From an uncultured Bdellovibrionales bacterium (GTDB lineage: Bacteria; Patescibacteriota; Minisyncoccia; Moranbacterales; GWC2-37-73), in NCBI GenBank assembly GCA_964500125.1, contig CAZCMV010000002.1:4173-68172 (forward strand): a stretch of DNA of 64,000 nucleotides, given 5' to 3'. Under the pieces are notes generated by a model. That model was given only the letters and a program-made list of their open reading frames with translations, was not told where the DNA came from and did not search any database. Positions 21,644-31,538 of this stretch are shown one piece after another (position 1 is the stretch's first letter; the number at the start of each line of letters is the position of its first letter). Made by a program: the position numbers and the translations under genes.

Positions 21644-22612
21644 TTAGTTCTTTTTAGCTATACCGATGATATCACCTTTACGTTCTATTTTCAAGTTAGC
21701 CATAATGGCTCTTTGTGGCTTATTTTTAGTACTTTTTACTATCTTGAGCAACTCCTCAACATTGGAAGCTGTAATTCCTTTGTTGGAACCTTTTGCTTCA
21801 GCAAGGCACTTTCGCAAAAGCAATCTTTGTTTTGAAATATGCAATGTTTCAATACGCTCCACAGATAGTGATACTTTTCCGTCGATATTTTTATTGCATA
21901 AATAAGCATAACTTCCGGATTCTTCCAAAAGCGCGTAATCGGCAGCCACATGCTCTGACCAGCGAGCGATTGTTTCCCTAATTGAAGGGTTAAAATCGCG
22001 CTCAAGATAGGGAAGAAGTCTATTTCGGACCTTATTTCTCAGATATTTGATATCCAAATTGCTTTTGTCGATTCGGTACTTAAGCTTATTTTCCTTTAGA
22101 TAAGCCAAAATAATTTGGCGGGAAATCTGCAGGAGAGGCCTGATTGTGGCTCCGCTTCGCGCTTGCATGGCTGAAAGACCTTTTAATCCGCTGCCACGAA
22201 TAATACGCATAAGCACGGTTTCAACTTGATCATCCCGGTTATGTGCCACAGCAATAAGGTCAAAATCGTATTTTTTGCGCATTTTTTCGAAAAAAGCATA
22301 GCGAAAATTGCGCATTTGCTCCTCGCTTGTCATTTTTGGCTTGTTTGAGCACAAAACATTTATCGGTAAATTATATTTCTTTGCCAAATCCCTCACAAAA
22401 GCTTCGTCAGCCTGAGAATCTTCCCCACGCAAGCCATAGTTGACATGGGCGATTCGGAGCGAAAAATTGTATTTTGGAGCCAAAAAAGCAAGCACATGCA
22501 AAAGGCAGACGCTATCCGGTCCGCCAGAAACACAAACGATGATTTTAGTACCTTTTTGCCAAAGCTCATGTTTGTAGGCTGTATTCTGTATTGTTTTGAC
22601 TAATTTGGCCAT
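21644..22612 (-). CDS. tilS: tRNA(Ile)-lysidine synthetase
   Basis: SGGPDS PP-loop, AHVNYGLR, AHNRDDQVET, RNKVR. Confidence 0.97.
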   Translation of the reverse strand: MAKLVKTIQNTAYKHELWQKGTKIIVCVSGGPDSVCLLHVLAFLAPKYNFSLRIAHVNYGLRGEDSQADEAFVRDLAKKYNLPINVLCSNKPKMTSEEQMRNFRYAFFEKMRKKYDFDLIAVAHNRDDQVETVLMRIIRGSGLKGLSAMQARSGATIRPLLQISRQIILAYLKENKLKYRIDKSNLDIKYLRNKVRNRLLPYLERDFNPSIRETIARWSEHVAADYALLEESGSYAYLCNKNIDGKVSLSVERIETLHISKQRLLLRKCLAEAKGSNKGITASNVEELLKIVKSTKNKPQRAIMANLKIERKGDIIGIAKKN

Positions 22613-22620
22613 ATAAAAAC

Positions 22621-23184
22621 TTAACTATTTTTTTCTATAATTTCGGCTACTTTTTGGATAGCTTCATCTAGTTTTCCTTCTTCATTAATTACTGTATAAT
22701 CGTAAATGTCCGTGTGTTTGAGCCATTCTTTGGTGTATTCCATGCGCTCTTGAATATATTCTTCACTAACTCCATCACGCCTTCTGATTCTGTCAGCTAA
22801 TATTTCCAAGCTTGGCGCATTAACGAATATTGCCTTTATCTGTGGATAAATTTTTTTGGCTGTTTCAACCCCCTTGTATTCTATTTTCCAAATTCCCACT
22901 TTTCCTGACTGCGAAACTCTTTCTATTTCCTCTTTAGTAACACCATATAAATTTCCATTATATTGCTGTGCCCATTCAGCAAAACCACCTTTATACCTTT
23001 TAGCAATAAACTCCTCCTTTGAAATAAAATAATATGGATTGCCCATGAATTCCCCTGGGCGCTTATCTCGGGTAGTTGTAGTTATTACACGCTCAATGGG
23101 AAATATTTTTTCCAAACCATTAATTATGGAGTCTTCGCCAGCTCCTGATGGTCCTGAGATGATAAATAGTCTCTTTGTATCCAT
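22621..23184 (-). CDS. gmk: Guanylate kinase
   Basis: ISGPSGAG, TTTTRDKRPGE, YYFIS, GNLYG; the P-loop lysine is replaced (GAGED). Confidence 0.85.
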   Translation of the reverse strand: MDTKRLFIISGPSGAGEDSIINGLEKIFPIERVITTTTRDKRPGEFMGNPYYFISKEEFIAKRYKGGFAEWAQQYNGNLYGVTKEEIERVSQSGKVGIWKIEYKGVETAKKIYPQIKAIFVNAPSLEILADRIRRRDGVSEEYIQERMEYTKEWLKHTDIYDYTVINEEGKLDEAIQKVAEIIEKNS

Positions 23185-23260
23185 TTTTTTAATAAGAATG
23201 TTTATGATAAAACTATAGCATAAGATTACTAATTTTATTACAATAATATTTTTAGGTCAA

Positions 23261-23289
23261 GCAAAAACCCGCCAAAAAGCGGGTTTTGC
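23261..23289 (-). terminator. Intrinsic terminator after rpsA
   Basis: GCAAAAACCCGC-CAAAAA-GCGGGTTTTGC. Confidence 0.8.
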
Positions 23290-23316
23290 AATGAATATTT
23301 GCTAAAAACCTTTGAA

Positions 23317-24537
23317 CTATTCTTTCACAATAATCAATCCCATGCGGTGCTCTTTTGGTTCAATAGCAAGAATTTTCCATTTATAAGTTTCACCAGCGTG
23401 AAGCACTTCATCCATGCGCTTGCCAGGATAAACTTCCTGAAATTCGCTTACATGAGCCAATCCATGAATATCCTGATCGAGATATACGAATGCTCCAAAA
23501 GGATTAATTTTATCAACTTTTCCTTCCACGATGTCTCCGGACTTGTACTTTTTGCCAATTTCCGTCCAAGGATCCTTTTCCAACGCCTTCATAGACAGTG
23601 AGATACGGCGATCATCAATACCAATAACCTTTGCTCGCACCTTATCTCCCGTTTTTACAATCATGCGAGGATCATCAATAAGTTGCCAAGCAAGTTCGGA
23701 AATATGAACAAGTCCTTCCAGTTTATCGCTTTCCCTGCCTGACTCTTCTTTTGATTGTGGAAAAAATTTAATAAAAGCACCAAAATCAACAACTCCACTA
23801 ACCTCACCTTCAATAACGTCTCCAATATTCATTTGGGAAATAACTTCTTTTTCCTTCTCACTCATCGCTGCTCTTTCACTGACAATAAGTTTTTCAGTCT
23901 CACGGTCAGCATCCAGAATCCTAACTGTAAGTTCTTTTCCAACAAGTTTCTTAAGCAATTCCAAGATTTTATTTTTGTCTCCATCTTCCACACGCGGATA
24001 ATGTTCGCTAGCAAGTTGAGAAACAGGAATAAATCCAGTGATTCCATTTACCTCAACCATTAAACCTCCCTTATTAGCGTCTATTACTTTCGTATTAAAC
24101 ACCTCTTGCTCACCACAACGACGGGTCAAATCTTCCCAAGCTCTTTCATATGAGGCTTCTCTTATCGAAAGTTCAATATAGCCATCTTCATTTTCCAAAT
24201 CGACCAAAGTAGCAGTAACCTTGTCGCCCTTTTTCAATTTTCCGCCGCTCAATCCGTCTTTTATCTCTTTTCCAAGTACGATACCAGTGCCAAGCACACC
24301 TAAATCAAGTAGGAGTGAATTAGAAGAAACTTCCAGAACAGATCCTTCCAGAACATCACCAACCTGCGGAATCTCAATCGGATTCGCTTCCAAAAGCGCT
24401 CCCATTGGAGAGTCACTTTCTAAAATTTTAGACTTATCACCAGTATCAACAAGCATATTACCCTCATCGCTTGCAACCTCGTCCTTGATTTTGTCTACCT
24501 CTTCCGCTAATTTGTCTAAAATAGTCTTTTTTGCCAT
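23317..24537 (-). CDS. rpsA: 30S ribosomal protein S1 (four S1 domains)
   Basis: Repeated S1 motifs: NKGGLMV, DFGAFI, EGLVHISEL, PFGAFV, HGLAHVSE. Confidence 0.9.
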   Translation of the reverse strand: MAKKTILDKLAEEVDKIKDEVASDEGNMLVDTGDKSKILESDSPMGALLEANPIEIPQVGDVLEGSVLEVSSNSLLLDLGVLGTGIVLGKEIKDGLSGGKLKKGDKVTATLVDLENEDGYIELSIREASYERAWEDLTRRCGEQEVFNTKVIDANKGGLMVEVNGITGFIPVSQLASEHYPRVEDGDKNKILELLKKLVGKELTVRILDADRETEKLIVSERAAMSEKEKEVISQMNIGDVIEGEVSGVVDFGAFIKFFPQSKEESGRESDKLEGLVHISELAWQLIDDPRMIVKTGDKVRAKVIGIDDRRISLSMKALEKDPWTEIGKKYKSGDIVEGKVDKINPFGAFVYLDQDIHGLAHVSEFQEVYPGKRMDEVLHAGETYKWKILAIEPKEHRMGLIIVKE

Positions 24538-24781
24538 ATTTTTAGATAAAAATGACAGCGCATCTCTGTCGATTATTATTAAATGATGCGTAATACAAAA
24601 ATTTCCTCAAAAATGAGGAAATTATTAAGAAATATCATGAGATTTATTCATCTCGTTATTAATTTTTCTTAATAATTACTTCAAAAACACTCTAACATAA
24701 AATATTTATTTTGACAATAGTCCTATAGGATCACCCTTGGGACCCTTTTCTTTTTCTATAATTTTGTTATATTATCTCGTT

Positions 24782-25276
24782 ATGAAAGAAGTCCTGACAA
24801 AATCAATTCAAGAAACGAAAAAACTCGCCCAAGAAATAGCGAGTGATTTTAAAGGTGGCGAGATTATTTGTTTATCTGGTGATCTAGGCGCAGGCAAAAC
24901 GACATTTGCTCAAGGTCTTTTGGAAACGCTTGGCGCCGAAGGACCTTATACAAGCCCGACATTTAATATAATCAAAGAATACAGAGTTGAGAATCTGGAA
25001 TTCAGAATAAGAATAGCGAATAAAGAATTTAAGGATGATGACGGATTCAAAATTCAAAATTCAAAATTCAAAATTCTTCGCATTTTCCATATCGATGCAT
25101 ACAGAATAAATTCCGATGATCTTCTTGAACTTGGCTTTCAAGATTTTGCAGGTAAAGAAAATACTGTCACCATCATCGAATGGCCGGAAAATGTGAAAGA
25201 CATAATACCCGAAACGGCAAAGTGGCTAGATTTTGAATGGCTTGATGAAAAAAAGCGCAAAATTTCAATAAACTAA
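24782..25276 (+). CDS. tsaE: t6A biosynthesis ATPase TsaE with an in-frame repeat-derived insertion
   Basis: GDLGAGKTTF, SPTF, HIDAYR, IIEWPE; start taken at ATG 24782. Confidence 0.95.
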   Translation: MKEVLTKSIQETKKLAQEIASDFKGGEIICLSGDLGAGKTTFAQGLLETLGAEGPYTSPTFNIIKEYRVENLEFRIRIANKEFKDDDGFKIQNSKFKILRIFHIDAYRINSDDLLELGFQDFAGKENTVTIIEWPENVKDIIPETAKWLDFEWLDEKKRKISIN

Positions 25277-25345
25277 CGAAAATCAATTTGTTAAAAAAAT
25301 TAGGCGAAACCTTTGCGGTTTCGCCCTTTTTTATAATGATGAGCT

Positions 25346-25756
25346 CTATCGAGTGAGCCAGCCGGTTTTTTCTTGCTTAGCTAGTTCCTCCTCGATTTTG
25401 CCCTCTTTTATGTTAGCACCTCTATTGTCGTATTTTATGACGACCGATTTTTCTTCTGCCAACATGGTTTTAATACGCCTTTCTATGGCCGACAAGGCTT
25501 GTTTTGTGCCCGGATCGACTTTTCTATAATTACCGAAAGGTTTTTTCACATCACCACCTTGCACATAAACAAAGCAGTTCTCCTCAAGTTTGTTTTTACA
25601 AACACCCAACGTCTCTTCTATACTTAGGACGCCTTCTCCTGTTTTATTTTTGACTACTTCTTTGACAATTGTAGTTACCATGTTTCTCTCCTTTTCCTGC
25701 AAATTCAGGATTTTGTAATTTTCCCCTGTGTTCAGAGGTAATTCACCATAGCTCAT
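25346..25756 (-). CDS. Hypothetical protein
   Basis: 136-aa ATG ORF ending at the shared terminator 25303-25325. Confidence 0.6.
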   Translation of the reverse strand: MSYGELPLNTGENYKILNLQEKERNMVTTIVKEVVKNKTGEGVLSIEETLGVCKNKLEENCFVYVQGGDVKKPFGNYRKVDPGTKQALSAIERRIKTMLAEEKSVVIKYDNRGANIKEGKIEEELAKQEKTGWLTR

Positions 25757-25848
25757 TTATACCTAAAATGCAAGCATTGACAAATTTCGTATTTGTGTTA
25801 TCCTATAATCCCTCTTTAACAATACAACATCACGGAAAGGAGAATGAA

Positions 25849-26352
25849 ATGCGATATGTGGGAGATTCCAATTTTAAAAGCACACTGGAAAAAATGGTGA
25901 CAAAACTTTTGTCTGGAGAAAGTCTACAGAATATAAATTTCCGTATAGTTCAGGGTGTTTATTTTTTAGCCCAAACCTGGACCATCGAAACGGACCACCG
26001 CGTTGTAATAAACAAAAAGCTTGGCAGAATGATGCACACAGATCGTGGCCTAAAGCGAGCGTACGCTGTCCTTGCCCATGAAATCGGCCACATATTCTTC
26101 CATAACTATTTCTTAGAAAAAGGGGCTCTTGCAAATGACACTTCTGCCTTTTCAGTCATGGCGGAAAAAGAAGCTGATAAGCATGCAGTACGCTTGCTGA
26201 AGAAACTTTATCCTAACCCGAAAGAAATTCTTTTGGATCAGATAGCATATGCACTGAAAATCTCGCTCAAGTATGCCAAAACTGAGGAAAAGAAAGGGCT
26301 GGCAAAAACTTTCGCCAAAGAGAGAAAACTTTCTTTGAATGAATTGGGTTGA
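25849..26352 (+). CDS. HExxH metallopeptidase-like protein (M48 or ImmA/IrrE-like)
   Basis: AVLAHEIGHI and EKEADKHA; AAGGAG SD before ATG 25849; terminator at 26387-26418. Confidence 0.7.
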   Translation: MRYVGDSNFKSTLEKMVTKLLSGESLQNINFRIVQGVYFLAQTWTIETDHRVVINKKLGRMMHTDRGLKRAYAVLAHEIGHIFFHNYFLEKGALANDTSAFSVMAEKEADKHAVRLLKKLYPNPKEILLDQIAYALKISLKYAKTEEKKGLAKTFAKERKLSLNELG

Positions 26353-26442
26353 TTTTATTCTTTTTCTGTGCTACAATTGATTTATTGGAAAGACGGGTGA
26401 ACAACATCCGTCTTTTTTATTTAATTTGTTAAAAACAAAAAA

Positions 26443-26604
26443 ATGAGCTTAAAAGAACCGTTTATGCCTCAGCAAGAACCTGCCACCGAGGACAAAAAGG
26501 AGGGGCAGGGTCAAATGGTGGTTTATCCTGATGGAACCACCGAATTCGCAAAAGATGCTCAAGACGCCGCAGAAAAAATGCAAAAGTATCGCGAAAACAG
26601 ATAA
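26443..26604 (+). CDS. Small 53-aa hypothetical protein (below ORF-track cutoff)
   Basis: MSLKEPFMPQQEPATEDKKEGQGQMVVYPDGTTEFAKDAQDAAEKMQKYRENR*, followed by terminator AAAAAACCCGAT...ATCGGGTTTTTT (26611-26638). Confidence 0.6.
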   Translation: MSLKEPFMPQQEPATEDKKEGQGQMVVYPDGTTEFAKDAQDAAEKMQKYRENR

Positions 26605-26820
26605 CTCACCAAAAAACCCGATATTCATCGGGTTTTTTATATTAACAAAAGAGCCATTACAGGCTCTTTTTATTGTATTATTTTTCCGGCATTGTATATT
26701 TTTAATATCTGATATGAACGAATTTAAGGAATAAAAACGGATGAAATTCTGACATATTTCGCAACAGAACGAAAAAGAACCGGTCAGGCTCTTGGGGTTT
26801 TGTTTATTGACCATTTTAAT

Positions 26821-27696
26821 TCAGCAACATGATCTTATTTCATTTGAAATTTCAATCAACATTTTTCTGATAAGCTTTTGAAGTGCGGGTAATGTTTTTC
26901 TTAAAAATTTTCGGCGCTCTTCATCACGCTTTCTCTCTTCCTCTTGTGCCTCTTCTTCTGTAAGCAATCCGATAATCTCATTCTTGCATCGTGAAGAAAA
27001 ATAGTGCTTTTCATTTTTTTGTCTTCTTGCAATTGTTTTTTCTTCTTTTCTCGTCATTTCAACTAAATCCTCAATCGACATTCCATTAATTGCCTTTTTT
27101 CCATAAACCCTACTACAAGCAAGCCTGCACGCAATCATCATGGAGTCATTTATTAATTCCGTCATGGTTATACATTCGCCGATTCTTACCATGTAATCGC
27201 GTGTGGAATCAATTCCCATTTTGATGTCTAAAGTCCACAAAGCGCTCCATAGCGGTCCAAAATCAGCAAAACGCATGCTCTTTTCATAGAAGCCGGAATA
27301 ATCTCTTACATGATGCATCTCATCGTAAACTGCTGACAAGGTATATCCTAGAATAAAATATTTTTCTACCAACTTGCATATTTTAAAGTAAATCGGTGAA
27401 AGTATCTCATTCTCTTCCGGAAAATGAAGCGACAGTCCCTCGTGCCCATATCGATCGGAATGACTGTCGTTTTTTACTGCCTTTTTAAATAATGGAAACA
27501 ATTCCCTATGTACACCTACACATATCAGATCATGGCAAGAATAAAAGCTATTTGCCTTGTAAGAATTTACATTGTAATGATTGCTGTAATCCCGGGGCTT
27601 ATTGCTTTTACCTTCTCCAAATGGGCGCGCACCTGAATGCTTTTCCAGCCAATTCAATAATAAATCGGCATCCTCTTTACTTATTTTTTTGCTCAT
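26821..27696 (-). CDS. Hypothetical protein
   Basis: 291-aa ATG ORF; no recognisable motif. Confidence 0.65.
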   Translation of the reverse strand: MSKKISKEDADLLLNWLEKHSGARPFGEGKSNKPRDYSNHYNVNSYKANSFYSCHDLICVGVHRELFPLFKKAVKNDSHSDRYGHEGLSLHFPEENEILSPIYFKICKLVEKYFILGYTLSAVYDEMHHVRDYSGFYEKSMRFADFGPLWSALWTLDIKMGIDSTRDYMVRIGECITMTELINDSMMIACRLACSRVYGKKAINGMSIEDLVEMTRKEEKTIARRQKNEKHYFSSRCKNEIIGLLTEEEAQEEERKRDEERRKFLRKTLPALQKLIRKMLIEISNEIRSCC

Positions 27697-27796
27697 GGCT
27701 CTATTATCCTTTTTGATTGTTTTTGATTGTTAATTTACTTTGTCAGCTTCATGCTAACGGCTTATACTAGCAGTTTTTTCATGTTTTGTCAATATT

Positions 27797-27903
27797 TTTC
27801 CGACACTATTTTTTAGATTATTTTCCGACATTTTTCCCCACTTTATTAACACTATTTACATATTATCCACAGGGTTATACACTATATGTGGATAAAGTGT
27901 CGG
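27797..27903. promoter_or_regulatory. Divergent promoter region with DnaA boxes and repeated CCGACA motif
   Basis: TTATCCACA 27863-27871, TTATACACT 27875-27883, TGTGGATAA 27887-27895; TTTCCGACA at 27797 and 27822; inverted GTGTCGG at 27897. Confidence 0.6.
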
Positions 27904-27918
27904 TATTTTTGAACAAAT

Positions 27919-28689
27919 ATGTCTACCAGCCTCAAGTCATTACAGAAACTAGGTCTTAGCGAAAAAGAAGCTAGGCTTTATTTGGTTTCCCTGGAAACAG
28001 GACCTGCCACCATTGCAAAATTGGCCCAGAAATCAGGAGTCAAAAGAGGCACCATATATGAATTTCTTGGCGAAATGATTGACAAGGGAGTTTTTGAAAT
28101 TTCAATTTCTGGAAAAAGAAAGCTTTACTGCGGCGTTGAGCCTAAAAAATTAAAGAGAATGATCGACAAACAAAGGAAAATTCTTGATAGTCTTATTCCA
28201 GATCTGTCTTTGCTCGCCTCCAAGGGAACCGAAAGACCTAAAATTAAATTTTATGAAGGTAAAGATGGATTATTATCAGCTTATTATGAAATTCTTAACA
28301 GCCCAAAAGGAGAGGAAATTTTAGGTTTTTCCACATTTAAAGGGGTTTATGAAATATTTTCAAAAATCGAAATAAATAATTATATCAAAAAGAGGGTTGC
28401 AAAAAAAATCAAAGAGAAGCTTATCATGCCGACTGATGAGCATATGCATAATCACCTTGCGGACAATAAAAAGGAGCTACGCGAAACAATTATGATTAAT
28501 AGGAAAAATTTTCCTATTAATAATGAAATAAATATTTATCAAGATAAGGTTGTTATTATATCCCTAGGCGAAGAAAAGGTAGCTGTCGTTATTGAGTCAA
28601 AACAAATTGCCCAGACGCAACGGGCTATTTTTAACCTGCTCTGGAAAAGCTTAAGAAAAAAGAAGGATACTGAAATAAATTCAGCATAA
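27919..28689 (+). CDS. TrmB-family transcriptional regulator
   Basis: LQKLGLSEKEARLYLVSLETG...LAQKSGVKRGTIY HTH; PKIKFYEG; EINIYQDKV. Confidence 0.9.
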   Translation: MSTSLKSLQKLGLSEKEARLYLVSLETGPATIAKLAQKSGVKRGTIYEFLGEMIDKGVFEISISGKRKLYCGVEPKKLKRMIDKQRKILDSLIPDLSLLASKGTERPKIKFYEGKDGLLSAYYEILNSPKGEEILGFSTFKGVYEIFSKIEINNYIKKRVAKKIKEKLIMPTDEHMHNHLADNKKELRETIMINRKNFPINNEINIYQDKVVIISLGEEKVAVVIESKQIAQTQRAIFNLLWKSLRKKKDTEINSA

Positions 28690-28736
28690 TAACTGCATAT
28701 TTGTATTATTTTAACTCTCATATATACTAAAGGACT

Positions 28737-31442
28737 ATGAAAAATAACCTCAAGAAACTCATTCTCATCGACGGTAATGCCATTATTCATCGGGCGTATC
28801 ATGCTTTGCCGCCTCTCACGACCAAAAAAGGCGAGCTGGTTAATGCAGTGTATGGTTTCACCTCAACGCTGCTTAGCGTAATTGAAAAGTTTAAGCCAGA
28901 CTATATTGCCGCTTCTTTTGATTTAGCCGCACCTACTTTTCGTCATGAAAAATTCGAAGAATATAAGGCTAATCGTGTGAAAGCCGATGATGAATTGTAT
29001 GCCCAAATTCCCTTGGTGAAAAAAGTGGTTGAAACTTTCAATATTCCGATCTATGAAAAAGCTGGCTTTGAAGCTGACGATGTGATCGGCACTTTGGCTA
29101 AACAAGCTGGAAATCTAGATAACAATGTAGAAACTATTATTGTTACGGGTGATATGGACACGCTGCAGCTCATCGATGAAAACACAAAAGTATACACCAT
29201 GCGCCGCGGGCTAAGCGATGCCATCATCTATGACACTGCCGCTGCCACCCAAAGATATGGCGGACTCACACCAGAACAGCTGATTGATTATAAAGGTCTT
29301 CGCGGCGACCCGAGCGATAATATTCCAGGTGTGAAAGGCATCGGTGAAAAAACGGCAATTACGCTGCTTTCGCAGTACGGTTCAATTGAGGGTGTGTATG
29401 AACATCTTGAAGAAATCAAAGGCGCAGTCAAAGAAAAACTTGCGCGCGACAAAGCGCAAGCGCTGCTCAGCAAGGAACTGGCAACGATAGATCGCAATGC
29501 GCCGGTGCAACTGGAACTGGAAAAAACTGTTTTGCATGATTTTGATCGCGATAAACTGGTGACACTTTTTGGAGAGCTTAATTTTTATAGTCTGGTTAAA
29601 AGGCTTCCTGCTGACCGATTCGAAACTACGAATGATAAATTCAAATCTGCGAACAAAAATACAAAATCCAAGGGGGTGAAGGATTTTAAGTATGAAATTT
29701 TGGGAGAGACTGAATCCGAAATGACTTTTGAGAAATTGGGTAAACAAGAAGCGTTGTCTATCGCGCTTGATGTGCGAGAAAACGCATTGAAAGGCGTGGC
29801 TTTTTCTTGGAAAACCGGCCGTGCAGCTTATATCCCCTTTGCTTCCTCTAACTCAAACAGTATAAAAGATATTCTGGAAAACGCTGCTATCAAAAAAATC
29901 GGCCATGATATAAAGACAATTTACAAAATATTAGCGAAAGAAAATATCAAACTTGCCAACATTGCTTTCGATACCATGATTGCTGCCTATGTGCTTGATC
30001 CGGGAAAGCCGGTAGTCCTTTCCACACTCACGCTGGAATATCTCGGCGAAGAACTTTTTCAAGAAACAAAAGGTAAACAACTTTCCATGCTGGAACTACC
30101 TGATGAAAAAGAATTTTCCGACCGCACATGCAAACAAGCCGATTATGTTTTCAAATTGCACGCCTCGTTGCAAAAAGAACTGGTGACAATCAGTGAGCAG
30201 CAAAAAAGTAGCGACCATCATACGGTTGCAGAAGTTTTTGAAAAAATTGAAATGCCTTTGGTGGAAATATTGGCCGAGATGGAATTGGAGGGAATCACCT
30301 TAAACACGCTCGTGTTCGAAGGTATCGCCGAAAAACTCGGTAAGCGTTTGGAAAATTTGGAAAAATCAATTCACGAACTTGCCACAAAAGAATTTAATAT
30401 CAACTCCCCTTCTCAACTTGCCGATATTTTGTTTAACACGCTGCAACTGCCTACTGTTGATATCAAAAAGGGCAAAACCGGTTATTCTACTGCTGCCGCC
30501 GAATTGGAAAAGCTACGCAGCGAGCACAAGATTATTGAAAAAATCGAGGAATATCGAGAATTATTTAAGTTAAAAACGACTTATCTTGATACGTTGCCAA
30601 CCATGGTTGATGAAAATTCGCGCATTCACACCACTTTCAACCAGGCCGTTACTGCTACTGGTCGTTTGTCTTCTGCAGATCCAAATTTGCAAAATATTCC
30701 AATTAGAACGGATTTGGGACAATTACTACGCACTGCGTTTGTGGCCAAAGAAGGATACAAGTTGATCAGTGCCGATTATTCTCAAATTGATTTGCGCTGC
30801 GTTGCACATGTAAGTGGTGATAAAAAAATGATCGAGGCTTTCCGACGCGGTGATGATATTCATCGTTTGACTGCAGCGGAAGTGAACAAAGTCACGCCTT
30901 CACAAGTAACCGAAAAAATGCGCTCTAGTGCCAAGGCGCTTAATTTCGGTATCATTTATGGCATGAGTTCGTTTGGTTTTTCTCAGTCTGCCGGCATTTC
31001 CAGAGAGGAAGCGCAAAAATTCATTAACGCCTACATGGAAAATTTTTCCGACGTAGCCCGTTATATGAAAGAAACTCGAGAATTTGTGCGCAATAATGGC
31101 TGGGTGGAAACATTACTCGGCAGGCGTCGCAATTTGCCTGAAATTAAATCACCTAATTTCCAAGTTGCCGCTTCTGCCGAGCGTATGGCCATCAATATGC
31201 CCATCCAAGGCCTTGCTGCCGATATTATGAAGCTTTCCATGGTAAAAGTGTTTGAAGCCTTTAAAAACAATCAAGAAGTAACTATGCTCCTGCAAATACA
31301 CGACGAAGTAATCTTGGAGGTACGAGAAGATTTAGTGGAGAAAATTGCAAAAAAAGTAAAAGAATTAATGGAAAATGTTCTTGTACTCAGTGTTCCTTTG
31401 ATTGTAGACGTGAACGTGGGAGATAATTGGGGAACCATATAA
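28737..31442 (+). CDS. polA: DNA polymerase I
   Basis: 5' nuclease LIDG..RAYHA and GDPSDNIPGV; polymerase motifs ADYSQIDLR, KALNFGIIYG, QIHDE. Confidence 0.99.
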   Translation: MKNNLKKLILIDGNAIIHRAYHALPPLTTKKGELVNAVYGFTSTLLSVIEKFKPDYIAASFDLAAPTFRHEKFEEYKANRVKADDELYAQIPLVKKVVETFNIPIYEKAGFEADDVIGTLAKQAGNLDNNVETIIVTGDMDTLQLIDENTKVYTMRRGLSDAIIYDTAAATQRYGGLTPEQLIDYKGLRGDPSDNIPGVKGIGEKTAITLLSQYGSIEGVYEHLEEIKGAVKEKLARDKAQALLSKELATIDRNAPVQLELEKTVLHDFDRDKLVTLFGELNFYSLVKRLPADRFETTNDKFKSANKNTKSKGVKDFKYEILGETESEMTFEKLGKQEALSIALDVRENALKGVAFSWKTGRAAYIPFASSNSNSIKDILENAAIKKIGHDIKTIYKILAKENIKLANIAFDTMIAAYVLDPGKPVVLSTLTLEYLGEELFQETKGKQLSMLELPDEKEFSDRTCKQADYVFKLHASLQKELVTISEQQKSSDHHTVAEVFEKIEMPLVEILAEMELEGITLNTLVFEGIAEKLGKRLENLEKSIHELATKEFNINSPSQLADILFNTLQLPTVDIKKGKTGYSTAAAELEKLRSEHKIIEKIEEYRELFKLKTTYLDTLPTMVDENSRIHTTFNQAVTATGRLSSADPNLQNIPIRTDLGQLLRTAFVAKEGYKLISADYSQIDLRCVAHVSGDKKMIEAFRRGDDIHRLTAAEVNKVTPSQVTEKMRSSAKALNFGIIYGMSSFGFSQSAGISREEAQKFINAYMENFSDVARYMKETREFVRNNGWVETLLGRRRNLPEIKSPNFQVAASAERMAINMPIQGLAADIMKLSMVKVFEAFKNNQEVTMLLQIHDEVILEVREDLVEKIAKKVKELMENVLVLSVPLIVDVNVGDNWGTI

Positions 31443-31527
31443 ATGCAAAATGTAAAATGTAAATGGAACTTTTTTTATCATGCTTGTATTTATAATTTTG
31501 ATTTTTGAATTTTGATTTTTGATTTTA
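31441..31527. repeat. Inverted 7-mer array (AAATGYA / ATTTTGA)
   Basis: aaatgcaaaatgtaaaatgtaaa ... attttgatttttgaattttgatttttgatttt fills the polA-mutM gap. Confidence 0.7.
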
Positions 31528-31538
31528 GCGAAGCGCCA

